A program made the position numbers and the translations under genes. Under the pieces are notes generated by a model. That model worked only from the letters and a program-made list of their open reading frames with translations. It had not been told where the DNA came from and ran no database searches. 64,000 nt of DNA from NCBI GenBank assembly GCA_965370805.1, contig CBDUVZ010000002.1, positions 706 to 64,705 of the forward strand, given 5' to 3'. How positions within the stretch are numbered: position 1 is the first letter of the stretch; the number at the start of each line of letters is the position of its first letter. This document shows positions 27,740 to 37,823 of the stretch, in pieces. Origin of the DNA: an uncultured bacterium. GTDB taxonomy: Bacteria; Hydrothermota; Tepidihabitantia; Tepidihabitantales; Tepidihabitantaceae.

Positions 27740-30520
27740 CTACTCGACGATCAGCTTCCCGGTGCCGGACCATGTCCCCTGCTCGGCACGAACGAAGTAG
27801 ATCCCGGGCGACATGCCCTGCAGGTTCAGAGTGTATCCCGCGAAGCTGGGGATGGCCGTCTGTGTTCGCAGCAGCTTGCCGTCGGCATCGAAGACTTGCA
27901 CTATTGCGGCATCGGTTCCGGACAGGGCAATGCTCGCCTGGGTACGGGCCGGATTGGGCTGGATCACGAGTCGGGAACCGAACGGTATAGGTTGAAGCAG
28001 CGCCGGTTCGCGTTCGGTGCGGATGCCAGGACCGGTGCTGTAGTTGTAGCGCCAGAACTCCATGGTCTTGTTGCCCTTGAGAGCGAAAAAGAGGCCGTTG
28101 CCCAGGCTGACGAGGTCCGCGCCGTATTTCACGCGCTTTTTCCTGCCGGTGGAGCCGAACGACGGCATGGTGTCGAGTTCGTACCACGAGTCGGCCCAGG
28201 GCGAGTACTGCCAGAATTCCTGCGTGTTGCCACCCTTCAGGCAGAACATCTGGTTGATGAGCCAGGCGCCTGAGCCACCGTCCTTGAGTTTCTTGCGCCG
28301 GCCCGCCCTCCCGACGAACGGCATGTCGGCGAGTTGCTCAAGCCAGCTGCCATTCGCGACGTCGTAGGCAAAGGTCTCATTGTACTTGGACTTGCAGCAG
28401 TAGATGGTGCCGGCGCCATCATGGACAATGAAAGAGCCGTACTTGTACTTGTTCTTGCCCGAGTTGCCCAGTGGAGCCGAAGTCAGAGTACTGTCCCACA
28501 CGCCGGTGACGGTATTGTAGCGGTAGAACTCGTTCTTGTAGCCCTTCAGCAGATAGACCCAGCCGGTGTCGCCTAGGACAAGGTACTGCATCTTGGTACC
28601 GCCCTTGATTTTCTTCCCGGTTGCGCCGAGCGGGATGTTAGCCATTTGTGTCCACGCAGTGTCGGTCGTGCCGTAACGCCAGAACTCGACCGTGTTGTTG
28701 CCCTTGACTGCGTAAATGTGGTGGCCGCCGTCATTGCACAAGGCCCCGCCTTTGTAGACCTGCTTGTCGCTTGGACCGTCCGGAACGGATTTCATCTGCT
28801 CCCAGGCGTCAACTGCCACGTTGTACCGGTAGAAATCCCCGGTCTTATTGCCCTTGAGTGCGTAGATGAACCAACCATCAGACTGACTTGTGAGGGTAAG
28901 CGCTCCGCCCCGTTTGACTTCCTTGTTGCTGGGCGGCTTGGGCATGGGTGCCATTTCGGTCCAGCCGGGCGGTATCGGCGGGGCATCAACAGTGAAAAGA
29001 GCCTGGGAGGCATCGTTGGATGGAACCGCATCGCCGGCCAGCTCGGTAGAGCAGGAAGCCACGTAGCTGCCGAGCGTTGCGTTCCAGTTCAGAAAGGTGA
29101 CGTCCTGGGATGCTCTGGGCTGGAGGCCGTTGATGTAGATCGAGTCGATGTAGACAACAGAACCTCCTCGGCGTATCCGGAACTTGACGCCGAAGCTTTC
29201 GGTGAACCCGCCGTAGTTGCGGATACGGGCGCTCGGCAGGACTGGGCCGGGATAGATACTTCCGGTGGGTACCAGGATAGCTTCCACACCGACATTGTGG
29301 TGCGGGGGACCAACTACAAAGGAAGATCGGAGGATATCGTTCCGGGTATCCATGTCGTCGCTGTACCCGGTGCTGCAGGCCATGGCAATCGTGCCCAGCG
29401 TCTCGGCCTGCCATTCACGGAATGTCACGTCGCGAGTCACCCTGGGTACCAGGTTCTCGACGAGTACGCTGTCCAGCCAGGCCTGTATCCGGAAGTAGCA
29501 GTAGAACGCGGAAATAGTCTCGGTGCCGAAGTTCTTCACTCGTGCCTGAGGCGTAACGACCATGCCCGAGTCGACGGTGTCGGGTGGTAAAGTGATCCGG
29601 AAGACTCCGGCGTCCCGCACGACCACAGTGACGGCTGTATCAGCCCGGTCATTGGCCGGATTGATGTCGCCGGTGAGCATGGTTCTGCATAAAACATGGT
29701 TGACTCCACGCTCGGTGGCTGTCCAGTCACGAAAAGCGATACGACGGGTGCTGCCAGGACCCAGGTCGTCGACCAGAGTGGTGTCGGTGTATCCAGAGCC
29801 AATTGTCATTCTCGTCCAGAACGTCTCGGCACTGGCACCGTAGTTCTTGACCGTCGCCTCGGGTCTTACTACGTGATTCGAGTCAACCGCACCGATGGGC
29901 GTCTCGACTGTCAGGACCCCCACGTCAGACGAGGAGTTCATGCCGGTGACGCTGACGTCGTCTATTGCCCAGAAGGTGATGTGTTCGGTGATGCCGTCGA
30001 ACGCCCAGGCCAGGCGGACGTTCGATCTGTTCGCGGCCCAGGGAAGCGCAAGAACCTGCAGCTCCGGCCCGATGATACGCTGGTAGTAATCAAAGACCAC
30101 GTGTTCGAAGGGACCGCCATCCACCGAGCCGACGAGTGCGATCCGGTAGGGTTGGTCTTCCCCGCCGCCGTAGTACGTGGAGCACCGCAGGACGACGAGG
30201 TTGAAATCAGAGCAGTTAATAGACGGACTGATGAGGCTGTCAACGTTCTGTATTTCAGGCGGCTGTGAGTGCAACAGCGCGTACGGTGTCGCGTTGTCCG
30301 TCCACGGGTCCAGCTCGAGGTCAGGAGCCCGGTGCCAGTCATTGCTGCTGGTATCAGCAGGGCCGAATACGATTCGCCAGCCCGCGGGTGGTTGGACGGT
30401 CGACCAGGAACCGTTGAAGTTCTCGGAAAGCAGAATATCCTGGGCCGGGGCTGCTGCGGGAACGAACAATGCCGCCAGCAGTAACGCCGCCAGGGTCCTT
30501 AGAGTAATGAAGGATTGCAT
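27740..30520 (-). CDS. Giant secreted T9SS cargo protein paralog (~926 aa): signal peptide, choice-of-anchor-J/MAM-like N-domain, CARDB-like repeats, 4 Lys-rich repeats, T9SS CTD
   Basis: Start set at MQSFITLRTLAALLLAALFVPAAAPAQ (ATG 30520, AGGAAAT RBS). The longer listed ORF adds 123 low-complexity codons. The C-terminal half is collinear with the C-terminal half of 13262-18058. Confidence 0.8.
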   Translation of the reverse strand: MQSFITLRTLAALLLAALFVPAAAPAQDILLSENFNGSWSTVQPPAGWRIVFGPADTSSNDWHRAPDLELDPWTDNATPYALLHSQPPEIQNVDSLISPSINCSDFNLVVLRCSTYYGGGEDQPYRIALVGSVDGGPFEHVVFDYYQRIIGPELQVLALPWAANRSNVRLAWAFDGITEHITFWAIDDVSVTGMNSSSDVGVLTVETPIGAVDSNHVVRPEATVKNYGASAETFWTRMTIGSGYTDTTLVDDLGPGSTRRIAFRDWTATERGVNHVLCRTMLTGDINPANDRADTAVTVVVRDAGVFRITLPPDTVDSGMVVTPQARVKNFGTETISAFYCYFRIQAWLDSVLVENLVPRVTRDVTFREWQAETLGTIAMACSTGYSDDMDTRNDILRSSFVVGPPHHNVGVEAILVPTGSIYPGPVLPSARIRNYGGFTESFGVKFRIRRGGSVVYIDSIYINGLQPRASQDVTFLNWNATLGSYVASCSTELAGDAVPSNDASQALFTVDAPPIPPGWTEMAPMPKPPSNKEVKRGGALTLTSQSDGWFIYALKGNKTGDFYRYNVAVDAWEQMKSVPDGPSDKQVYKGGALCNDGGHHIYAVKGNNTVEFWRYGTTDTAWTQMANIPLGATGKKIKGGTKMQYLVLGDTGWVYLLKGYKNEFYRYNTVTGVWDSTLTSAPLGNSGKNKYKYGSFIVHDGAGTIYCCKSKYNETFAYDVANGSWLEQLADMPFVGRAGRRKKLKDGGSGAWLINQMFCLKGGNTQEFWQYSPWADSWYELDTMPSFGSTGRKKRVKYGADLVSLGNGLFFALKGNKTMEFWRYNYSTGPGIRTEREPALLQPIPFGSRLVIQPNPARTQASIALSGTDAAIVQVFDADGKLLRTQTAIPSFAGYTLNLQGMSPGIYFVRAEQGTWSGTGKLIVE

Positions 30521-30558
30521 GGCTATTTCCTGTACTTGGTCAGTATGCCTTTCATGAA

Positions 30559-30586
30559 ACATAGCCGATAGATGCCGGTCGTCAAT
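30559..30586 (-). promoter_or_regulatory. Sigma70-type promoter TTGACG-16-TATGTT (minus strand) for the giant paralog
   Basis: Read from the reverse complement. The -35 overlaps the stop of the dipeptidase gene. Confidence 0.4.
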
Positions 30587-31628
30587 CGGAAAGCCGAATC
30601 GGGTCTGCGGCCCGCGCAGCCGTGCTCCAGATCCGCAGGAAGTTCTCGCCGAGGATTCTCCTGACGTCGGGCTCTGAGAAACCCCGGCGCAGAAGCCCCG
30701 CGGTGACTGCCGGCATCCGGGTGACGTCCTCAAGACCTTTGGGCGGCGGGTCACTGAACCCGTCGAAATCAGAACCGAGAGCAACCGCGTCGACGCCGGC
30801 AACGGAAGCTGCATGCTCGATATGATCGAGCACGTCTTCGAGGGAGACCTTGCGGTAATCCTTGCGGAGGAAGTACGGCAGAAAGACAACTCCGATAACT
30901 CCGTCTGCTTCGCCCAGGACCCGGAGTTGTCGGTCGGTCAGGTTGCGGGGAAACCGGCGCAGGGCGCGACACGCGGAATGGGAACAGATGACCGGCGCGG
31001 AACTCGCAGCCAGCACGTCGCTGAAAGTCATGTCCGACGCGTGGGACAGGTCGATGAGCATCCCGAGCCGATTCATACGTTTCACCGCTTCGCGGCCGAG
31101 CCTCGTCAACCCCCGGCGGTGTCCGTCCCGGCTCATGCAGGAACGGGCGAACGGGTTGGAGTTGTTCCAGGTCAGGGTGAGGATCCGGACCCCGCGGCGA
31201 AAGAACCGGTCCAGGTTGCCGATGTCACCTTCCAGGGCGTGGCCGCCTTCGACTCCGAGGATCCCCGCAATCCGGCCCGAGGCTCTGATTGTCCGGACGT
31301 CACCCGGGCTGAGCGCCAGGGCAATCTCTTTCGGATAGCGACGGCAGATGCGTTTGAACTCGTCGATTGCCTTGAGGACAAAGGTGGCCCGTTTGCCCGG
31401 CCTGAACAGATCGGGGTTGGTCCAGATTGCGAACACCTGGGCATTGACTCCGCCTTCGCGCAGGCGGGGAATATCAATATGAAATGCGTCGGACCGCTGG
31501 GTGATATCCTTTCGGCCCCGGACGTGCTCGTACAAAGCATCGGTGTGCAGGTCGATGACAAGCGAGCGGTGGTGCAGGTCCAAGGTTGGTCTGATACCGG
31601 ATGCTACCGGTTCAGCCCGGGCGGTCAA
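30582..31628 (-). CDS. Membrane dipeptidase (peptidase family M19, renal-dipeptidase-like)
   Basis: M19 motifs: LVIDLHTD, ILGVEGGHAL, LTWNNSN, IDLSHAS, ICSHSACRAL, GSDFDG. Confidence 0.85.
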   Translation of the reverse strand: MTARAEPVASGIRPTLDLHHRSLVIDLHTDALYEHVRGRKDITQRSDAFHIDIPRLREGGVNAQVFAIWTNPDLFRPGKRATFVLKAIDEFKRICRRYPKEIALALSPGDVRTIRASGRIAGILGVEGGHALEGDIGNLDRFFRRGVRILTLTWNNSNPFARSCMSRDGHRRGLTRLGREAVKRMNRLGMLIDLSHASDMTFSDVLAASSAPVICSHSACRALRRFPRNLTDRQLRVLGEADGVIGVVFLPYFLRKDYRKVSLEDVLDHIEHAASVAGVDAVALGSDFDGFSDPPPKGLEDVTRMPAVTAGLLRRGFSEPDVRRILGENFLRIWSTAARAADPIRLSD

Positions 31629-31698
31629 GCAGAAGAAGCTGTCCGGGTTTCTTGACGGGCTTTCGTTCCGGAGCTACCATTTTGCGTAAGGAGGTACT

Positions 31699-33093
31699 AT
31701 GGTTGTGCTTCGAGCTACGGTCGTTCTCTTGCTGGCCGCTGAAGCAGCCGGCGGCCAGATGTTCTTCGGTTGCATCTGCTCAACCGATGTCCCTTTCGCC
31801 ACCGGTCCCAACAACGGCCACAAACTGGCCTTTCAGAGTGAGCTTATCGGGATGCCGGACGATACCGTAACCCTGGTCTTTCAGTCGAGCCAGAGCATCC
31901 ACAGTTGCATCGGCGTATTCGGACCCGGCGGCATCGATTGGACCCGACCGGTGTTGATGTATCCGGGACAGAATCCGGCAATCAACTTCGGCGCAGACGG
32001 TGACCGGCACCTGGTATGGCAGTTCCCGGATACTTCAGTCGGGTGGGAGGTGTACTACCGGAATTTCGAGTACCGGATGATGCCGGTGAACGTAAGCCGG
32101 ACCATGGGGAACTCAATGCACCCCGACGTCTGGGCCGACCATCTCGGGCTGGCCCATGTGGTCTGGGAAGACCATTCGCACGACAAGCCGAGAATCTATT
32201 ACCGCACCTGCAATGTCAGCGGCACGGTTGGTGATACTTTCCTGGTTTCAGTCGACACCGTCGGGTGCTGCTTCCTGCCTTCGATAGAGATGTTCCCAGC
32301 AGACAGCGCACTGGTCGTCTTGTGGCAACAGGTCGATTCGGGCAGCTACACTCCATATTCAATCAGGCGGCGGTGCTGCTGGCACGGGGTGTGGCAGGCC
32401 GAGGAGACTCTGGCCCAGCACCACTTCCCTCTGCGGCATCCGTCCCTTGATTGCGGCTCACCATGGGAGGGATTCTCCGGTGCCTGGGAGGACAGTTCAA
32501 GCGGAAACATGGAAGTCCATTTCGAAGGCGGGAACCCGGGCGGTGGCTATCCGACTTTCGGACGCTCGACCGCGCCGGTGCTGGCTACCCTGGGTGATGT
32601 CTGGTCCTATCTCTTCTGGCAGGAAGACTCGGGCGGAACCCGCGACATCCTACACCACTTTAACTACAGGTCCGGCTGGTATGCCCAGGGATCGCTGAGA
32701 CAGGCACTCCAGATTGAGGAGAGCGTTCGCTGGCCTGCGAATCTCGGAGCCCTGCTTGTCTGGACTCAAGGCGACGCCGAACCGTACAAGGTGATGTGCG
32801 CGTACTTCGACTATCCGATACCGGTTGCCGAGGAACGAGCGGTGCCGGTTTCAGACCGACCTGTATCAGTCCAGCCCAACCCGATGCACGACCGGACCGT
32901 AATCCGGCTCGCGGAAGGATTCTGCGGGAACGCGAATGTCGAAGTGACCGATGTCACCGGCAGGAAGATATGGTCCTGGACAGGGACGGACGCACAGGTC
33001 GTCTGGGATGGAAAGGGATTGCCTTCCGGCGTTTACTTCGTCCGGGCGCGTGCCGGAGGAAAGGAGGCGGTAGCCGAGGTTGTGAAGTTCTAG
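31699..33093 (+). CDS. Secreted hypothetical protein with T9SS C-terminal sorting domain
   Basis: N-terminal hydrophobic signal. C-terminus VSVQPNPMHDRTVIRL ... GVYFVRARAGGKEAVAEVVKF is CTD-like. Confidence 0.7.
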   Translation: MVVLRATVVLLLAAEAAGGQMFFGCICSTDVPFATGPNNGHKLAFQSELIGMPDDTVTLVFQSSQSIHSCIGVFGPGGIDWTRPVLMYPGQNPAINFGADGDRHLVWQFPDTSVGWEVYYRNFEYRMMPVNVSRTMGNSMHPDVWADHLGLAHVVWEDHSHDKPRIYYRTCNVSGTVGDTFLVSVDTVGCCFLPSIEMFPADSALVVLWQQVDSGSYTPYSIRRRCCWHGVWQAEETLAQHHFPLRHPSLDCGSPWEGFSGAWEDSSSGNMEVHFEGGNPGGGYPTFGRSTAPVLATLGDVWSYLFWQEDSGGTRDILHHFNYRSGWYAQGSLRQALQIEESVRWPANLGALLVWTQGDAEPYKVMCAYFDYPIPVAEERAVPVSDRPVSVQPNPMHDRTVIRLAEGFCGNANVEVTDVTGRKIWSWTGTDAQVVWDGKGLPSGVYFVRARAGGKEAVAEVVKF

Positions 33094-33419
33094 CCGGGTT
33101 CCGGGTTGACCGGGAACCAGTGGACTTCGGTGTACATATTGGACAGGTGAGAGCAGGACCGTTCGAGCAACTCCATCAGGTGTTCAACTGAGCCGGCTTC
33201 CGGATAGAGACGTTTGACCTTGGCCGCGAGGTCGGCGGTGATTGCGGCGCGGACTTCGTCCGCCTGCTGGTCGTCCTGCAGCAGGAATTCGAGCGCCAGG
33301 CCGGACCCGGTCCTGTTCCACCCGACCCGGGCCGCGTTTTGCTTGTACAGAGAGTGAATGACCTCGAAATAGGGGCGGTTGACATCGACCGGCTGCAAAG
33401 TCCACAGTTCGTCAGTCAC
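33090..33419 (-). CDS. Hypothetical protein (109 aa)
   Basis: Genome-typical codon usage. No motif recognised. Convergent 4-nt overlap with the preceding gene. Confidence 0.4.
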   Translation of the reverse strand: MTDELWTLQPVDVNRPYFEVIHSLYKQNAARVGWNRTGSGLALEFLLQDDQQADEVRAAITADLAAKVKRLYPEAGSVEHLMELLERSCSHLSNMYTEVHWFPVNPEPG

Positions 33420-33591
33420 GCTGCAAGGATACAGCGTTGACGTTCGTAGCGCAACCGGGGCCTGGGGATACGATCCGGGATCCGGAGGACCGGATGCCGG
33501 TCATGTCCCCGTCCGCGGTATCGAAGGGCTGGCCTGCGGAACGGCGGTTGCCGCCCCGCAGGCCGTAGCGGATACGTCGAAGGAGGTCTTG

Positions 33592-35247
33592 TTATCCGCC
33601 GAGAATCGCCTTCAGGTCCTCGTCAGCCGTGGTCGTCGGCATGATGCTGAACTTGTCGACCAGCACCTTGAGCACGTTCGGGGTGATGAACGCGGGCAGG
33701 GTCGGGCCAAGCCGGATGTTCTTGATGTCGAGGTAGAGCAGGGTAAGGAGGATGGCGACCGCTTTCTGTTCGTACCAGGAGATGATCATCGACAGCGGGA
33801 GTTCGTTGACCCCGACGTTGAACGCCTTGGCGAGCGCCAGCGCAATCTGGATCGCCGAGTAGGCGTCGTTGCACTGGCCGATGTCGAGCAGGCGCGGGAT
33901 GCCGTCGATGTCGCCGAAGTCGAGCTTGTTGAACCGGTACTTGCCGCAGGCCAGGGTCAGGATGATGCAGTCCTTTGGCACTTTCTGCGCGAACTCGGTG
34001 AAGTAGTTGCGGCCGGACTTGGCGCCGTCGCACCCGCCGACCAGGAAGAAGTGCTTGATTTTCCCGGCCTTTACCGCTGCGATGACTTTGTCGGCCACAC
34101 CGAGCACGGCGTTGCGGCCGAACCCAACGGTGATGGTTTTCTCCGGTGCATCCTCCGTGAACCCGGGCGCGGCGAGCGCGGCTTCGATTACGGGCGTGAA
34201 GTCCTTGCTCGCACCGATATGGGTGACACCGGGCCAGGCGACGAGACCGGTCGTGAAGATCCGTTCCTTGTAGTTGTCGCGCGGTTTCTGGATGCAGTTG
34301 GTCGTCATCAGAATCGCCCCCGGGAACTCGGCGAATTCCTTCTGCTGGTCCTGCCAGGCCCCGCCGTAGTTGCCGACCAGGTGCTTGTACGCCTTGAGCT
34401 TCGGGTATCCGTGGCAGGGCAGCATCTCACCGTGGGTGTAAACGTTGATGCCCTTGCCTTCGGTCTGCTTGAGCAGTTCTTCGAGATCCTTGAGGTCGTG
34501 ACCGGACACGACAATCGCCTTGCCCTTGATCGGGGTGACCCGTACTGCTGTCGGCTCAGGATGACCGTAGGTCGTGGTGTTGGCCGCGTCGAGGAGTTCC
34601 ATCGCCTTGAAGTTGATCTCGCCGACCTTGAGGCAGGCGCCGAGCAGTTCGTCCACGGTCAGGTCCTCCCGGGTCAGGAGGTTGAGCGCGGCGTGCATCA
34701 TGGCGTAGAGCTCTTCGGATTCCCGGCCCAGGATGTGGGCGTGGTCCGCGTACGCGGCTAAGCCTTTGAGCCCGATTATTGCCAGTTCGATCAGGTCGGC
34801 GACATCGTTGCCGAACCGCTCGCGGCGTCCGGTGATTGCGACATCCCGACCTTGGGCCACGAGTCCGTCGATGTCCGGAGCCGGGGTCCAAGCCGCGGGT
34901 CCGGACAGGACTTCGGGTGCTTTTCCTGCTTTCTCACACGCCTCTTCATACAGGCTTGTTGCTCTGTCACGAACCTGGGCCGCCTTCCGGAGTAAACCCT
35001 GCAGCCGTTCGGGGTCGAAGTCGACGTTGGTGATTGTGGTGAACAGCGCTTCGGCAGTGAAGGTGTTCACTTCATCATCAGTCGCGCCCAGTTCGTGGGC
35101 CCGGTGGGCGTACATCGCGATGCCTTTGGTCGCGTGAATCAGCAGGTCCTGAAGGATTGCGGTCGTTTCGTCCTTGCCGCAGACACCCTTGACCGTGCAG
35201 CCGGTGCCTTTCGCGGTCTGTTCGCACTGGTAGCAGAACATGCTCAT
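33592..35247 (-). CDS. hcp: Hydroxylamine reductase / hybrid-cluster protein
   Basis: N-terminal MFCYQCEQT...[10 protein letters not shown] Cys motif and full-length Hcp-family similarity. Confidence 0.9.
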   Translation of the reverse strand: MSMFCYQCEQTAKGTGCTVKGVCGKDETTAILQDLLIHATKGIAMYAHRAHELGATDDEVNTFTAEALFTTITNVDFDPERLQGLLRKAAQVRDRATSLYEEACEKAGKAPEVLSGPAAWTPAPDIDGLVAQGRDVAITGRRERFGNDVADLIELAIIGLKGLAAYADHAHILGRESEELYAMMHAALNLLTREDLTVDELLGACLKVGEINFKAMELLDAANTTTYGHPEPTAVRVTPIKGKAIVVSGHDLKDLEELLKQTEGKGINVYTHGEMLPCHGYPKLKAYKHLVGNYGGAWQDQQKEFAEFPGAILMTTNCIQKPRDNYKERIFTTGLVAWPGVTHIGASKDFTPVIEAALAAPGFTEDAPEKTITVGFGRNAVLGVADKVIAAVKAGKIKHFFLVGGCDGAKSGRNYFTEFAQKVPKDCIILTLACGKYRFNKLDFGDIDGIPRLLDIGQCNDAYSAIQIALALAKAFNVGVNELPLSMIISWYEQKAVAILLTLLYLDIKNIRLGPTLPAFITPNVLKVLVDKFSIMPTTTADEDLKAILGG

Positions 35248-35313
35248 TGGTTCTTCTCCTTTGATTGAGCTATTGCTGGATTTGTCCTTTCTGCGTCGAT
35301 GCGGATGATTCTC

Positions 35314-35745
35314 CTACTTGCGGGCATATCTGCCTCCGAGTTCAAGAGTAAAATCAGACAGCTTCGTGTTCCTCAGCTTGTCGGCAACCTGTCGGTTGAT
35401 CGATTCGAGGAAACCGCCGAGCGCGCACCGGCGACGTCCACAGACCGGCTTGCGGAACATGCACTTCGCAACTTTGAGCGGACCCTCGACCGCCTCGTAG
35501 ATCTGCTTCAGAGTTATCTTCTCAGCCGGACGCGCCAGCTTCGAGCCGCCGGCCGGCCCGCGTACGGAGCGGACAATCCCGGCTCGCTGGAGTACAAGCA
35601 ACACTTTCGCAAGATGCGCTTCCGACGCCTCCAGTCTCTCCGCGATGTTCCGCGTCCGCAGCAACCGGTCAGGCGTACCTGCCATCAGCGCGGCAGCGTG
35701 AAGGGCGAGGGCGGCGGCCTCGGATATCTTGAACAGGCTGGCCAT
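35314..35745 (-). CDS. Rrf2-family transcriptional regulator (NsrR/IscR-like), upstream of hcp
   Basis: Rrf2 wHTH N-terminus (EAAALALHAAALMAG ... IAERL). Cys cluster CMFRKPVCGRRRC. Confidence 0.85.
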   Translation of the reverse strand: MASLFKISEAAALALHAAALMAGTPDRLLRTRNIAERLEASEAHLAKVLLVLQRAGIVRSVRGPAGGSKLARPAEKITLKQIYEAVEGPLKVAKCMFRKPVCGRRRCALGGFLESINRQVADKLRNTKLSDFTLELGGRYARK

Positions 35746-35760
35746 TGAATCTCCTGATAT

Positions 35761-35782
35761 TACCTATTTAGGTATCACAATA
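35761..35782. promoter_or_regulatory. Candidate Rrf2 operator: perfect palindrome TACCTATTTAGGTA overlapping a second inverted repeat GTATcacaATAC
   Basis: Palindromes read directly. They sit between the -10-like TAATAT and the AGGAG RBS of the Rrf2 gene on the minus strand. Confidence 0.4.
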
Positions 35783-35832
35783 CATAAATTGGACTCCCGG
35801 TCAAGGGAATCGATTCCGGGGAACCGTCGCGT

Positions 35833-36972
35833 TCAGGCGGTTGCCGCGAGCAAAGCACGGGCGGCCGCTTCCGCGCCGTCGGTCGGGTGTCTGCCGAAGC
35901 CACTTTCAGCCATCTGCCTCAGTCGTCCGGCCCGGCGCAGCCCGGATACAGTCAGACCGAGTCGTTCCGCGTCCGGGACGGCTGTAACCGGGAGGCAGAC
36001 GCCTTGCTCCTCTGCGAACCGGCAGTTCAGCGGCGCGAACGGGCCGATGTGCGGCAGCAAGACAAACATCGGCAGGCCCAGACCGACCGCCCAGATAGTA
36101 CGTTCGTGCGCGGCCGCGACCATGACGTCGAGCTGCGGGAACGTCTCCGCGGTGACGGTGGTTTCCTGTCGGCGGCTGTCGAAGACGATGACCTGCAGGG
36201 ACCGGGCCGATGCCGGCAGCCGGCGGTGCAGCCGTCCGGATTCCTTCGGGTCGGTGCCGGCGAAGACGATCACCCGGTGACCGACGTCGAGGCAGGACCT
36301 GACGCCGTCGACGATGAGCCGGACGTGCGGCCTCGGATATGCGCCCGAAGTGAAGAAGCCGATAGCCAGCGGTGTATCCGAGTTCAGCCTGCGAAGTCTT
36401 GCTTTAAACGCCGATTCGGCCAGCCGGACGAGTTCGGGTTCGATGACCAGACCGGTGACGGATAGCGCTGACCGCTTGACGCCCAACGCCTGAAGCCCGG
36501 AAGCGGTTGATTCGAGCGGCGCAAAGGTGCGCCAGGCATCAGGAACCGCGGCAACAGGCGGGGCCGCGATTTCCGCATGAAGGTATGCAACCCGGCAGAC
36601 CGGGGCGAGGATATGAGCTACAAGCGGATGCTCGACCAGGCAGATGCCGGTGAATCCGGCCAGGCGTTTCCTGAGTGACGAACCGAGAACGGCAAGCTGC
36701 AATGGTGACGGCTTCCCGCTTTTGCGCAGCCGGTTGTAGATGCCGGTCCGGATACCACCCTGCGCCCCGGCGTGATAGAGTGAGCGGGCCAGGTTCCAGG
36801 CGTACTTCGACGTACCCGAGCATACCTGGTCAAGGGTGACCTGCGACAGTATCTCCTGTCCGGACTCCGGCAGACGGGAAAAAGCAAGCAGGACCGAGTC
36901 AAGGTAGGAAGGGTGACCTCGCCCGATTTCACTGGAGATGGCAATGAGGCGCAGTCCGGCTGAATCGGTCAT
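35833..36972 (-). CDS. Hypothetical protein, possible GT-B fold (MurG/GT28-like) glycosyltransferase
   Basis: N-terminal IAISSEIGRGHPSY resembles the GGxGGH-type motif of MurG-like enzymes. Weak assignment. Confidence 0.4.
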   Translation of the reverse strand: MTDSAGLRLIAISSEIGRGHPSYLDSVLLAFSRLPESGQEILSQVTLDQVCSGTSKYAWNLARSLYHAGAQGGIRTGIYNRLRKSGKPSPLQLAVLGSSLRKRLAGFTGICLVEHPLVAHILAPVCRVAYLHAEIAAPPVAAVPDAWRTFAPLESTASGLQALGVKRSALSVTGLVIEPELVRLAESAFKARLRRLNSDTPLAIGFFTSGAYPRPHVRLIVDGVRSCLDVGHRVIVFAGTDPKESGRLHRRLPASARSLQVIVFDSRRQETTVTAETFPQLDVMVAAAHERTIWAVGLGLPMFVLLPHIGPFAPLNCRFAEEQGVCLPVTAVPDAERLGLTVSGLRRAGRLRQMAESGFGRHPTDGAEAAARALLAATA

Positions 36973-37823
36973 TTGTATTCAGCCAGGACGGTGATGTCGG
37001 AGCGCACTGCCGCACCTAGAAGCCAGGGGCGATTTCGGTCGTCTCCTTCGAGGTAGTAGCGCAGGAAGGCGGTCAGGTATGTCCGTACCGCCCGGAGTTG
37101 GGACTGACGGTTGAACGGCTCGAACCGGTCCTCGATGGCATTGGTGTGGTCGAGGTAGCCGTTGTGGCCGGCGTTGCGGATGCACAAGTAGAAGCAGGGG
37201 GCGGAGCAGGGGTCGTAGAACTGATTCCGCACATTCTCCGCTCGTGCGGTGCGGTCATTCTCTCCGGCCAGAACCAGCACTGGGATGTCCAAGCTCTCCA
37301 CATGGGTCGCCCGCGAAACCAGGTAGGGTGACAGACCGGCAACCGCTCTCACGTGCCGGCCGCAGTCGCGACGGGCGGCCAGAAAAGCGGCGCCACCGCC
37401 CATCGAATGACCAACCAGCGCAGCATTGCGTGGATTCAGTCCGACCCCGGGAAGCTCATTGAGGCTGTCGAGGAATACGAGCGCGGCCAGCATGTCGTTG
37501 GCGAGGCGCGCTGGCGGACGGAACAGTCCGGGGTCCGGATATCCGGGTACGAGGACGTAGAACCCGTGGGAAGACAGGTGGCGGCAGATGCTGTCGTAGC
37601 GGTCGATGCCGGCAAGGAAGCCGTGGCCGAACACGACCGCGGGTCGGTCACCGGGAATCGTGTCGTCGCGAACAGGCTTGTAGAGAATGCTTCTGAATCG
37701 GCGTGCGCCGGATGGGACTTCGATATGAGTGGTATCGACCTGCCACAGCCCCGGCCTATCCGGCGGAGCGAAACTCACCGCGGTGGAAACTGCCAGGAGC
37801 AGGGTGAGAAACAGGTCCCTCAC
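36969..37823 (-). CDS. Alpha/beta-hydrolase (dienelactone-hydrolase/PAF-acetylhydrolase-like), probably secreted
   Basis: GHSMGG nucleophile elbow. Start set at GTG 37823 overlapping the fpg stop (GTGA) with signal-like VRDLFLTLLLAVSTAVSF. An alternative ATG lies at 37867. Confidence 0.65.
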   Translation of the reverse strand: MRDLFLTLLLAVSTAVSFAPPDRPGLWQVDTTHIEVPSGARRFRSILYKPVRDDTIPGDRPAVVFGHGFLAGIDRYDSICRHLSSHGFYVLVPGYPDPGLFRPPARLANDMLAALVFLDSLNELPGVGLNPRNAALVGHSMGGGAAFLAARRDCGRHVRAVAGLSPYLVSRATHVESLDIPVLVLAGENDRTARAENVRNQFYDPCSAPCFYLCIRNAGHNGYLDHTNAIEDRFEPFNRQSQLRAVRTYLTAFLRYYLEGDDRNRPWLLGAAVRSDITVLAEYK

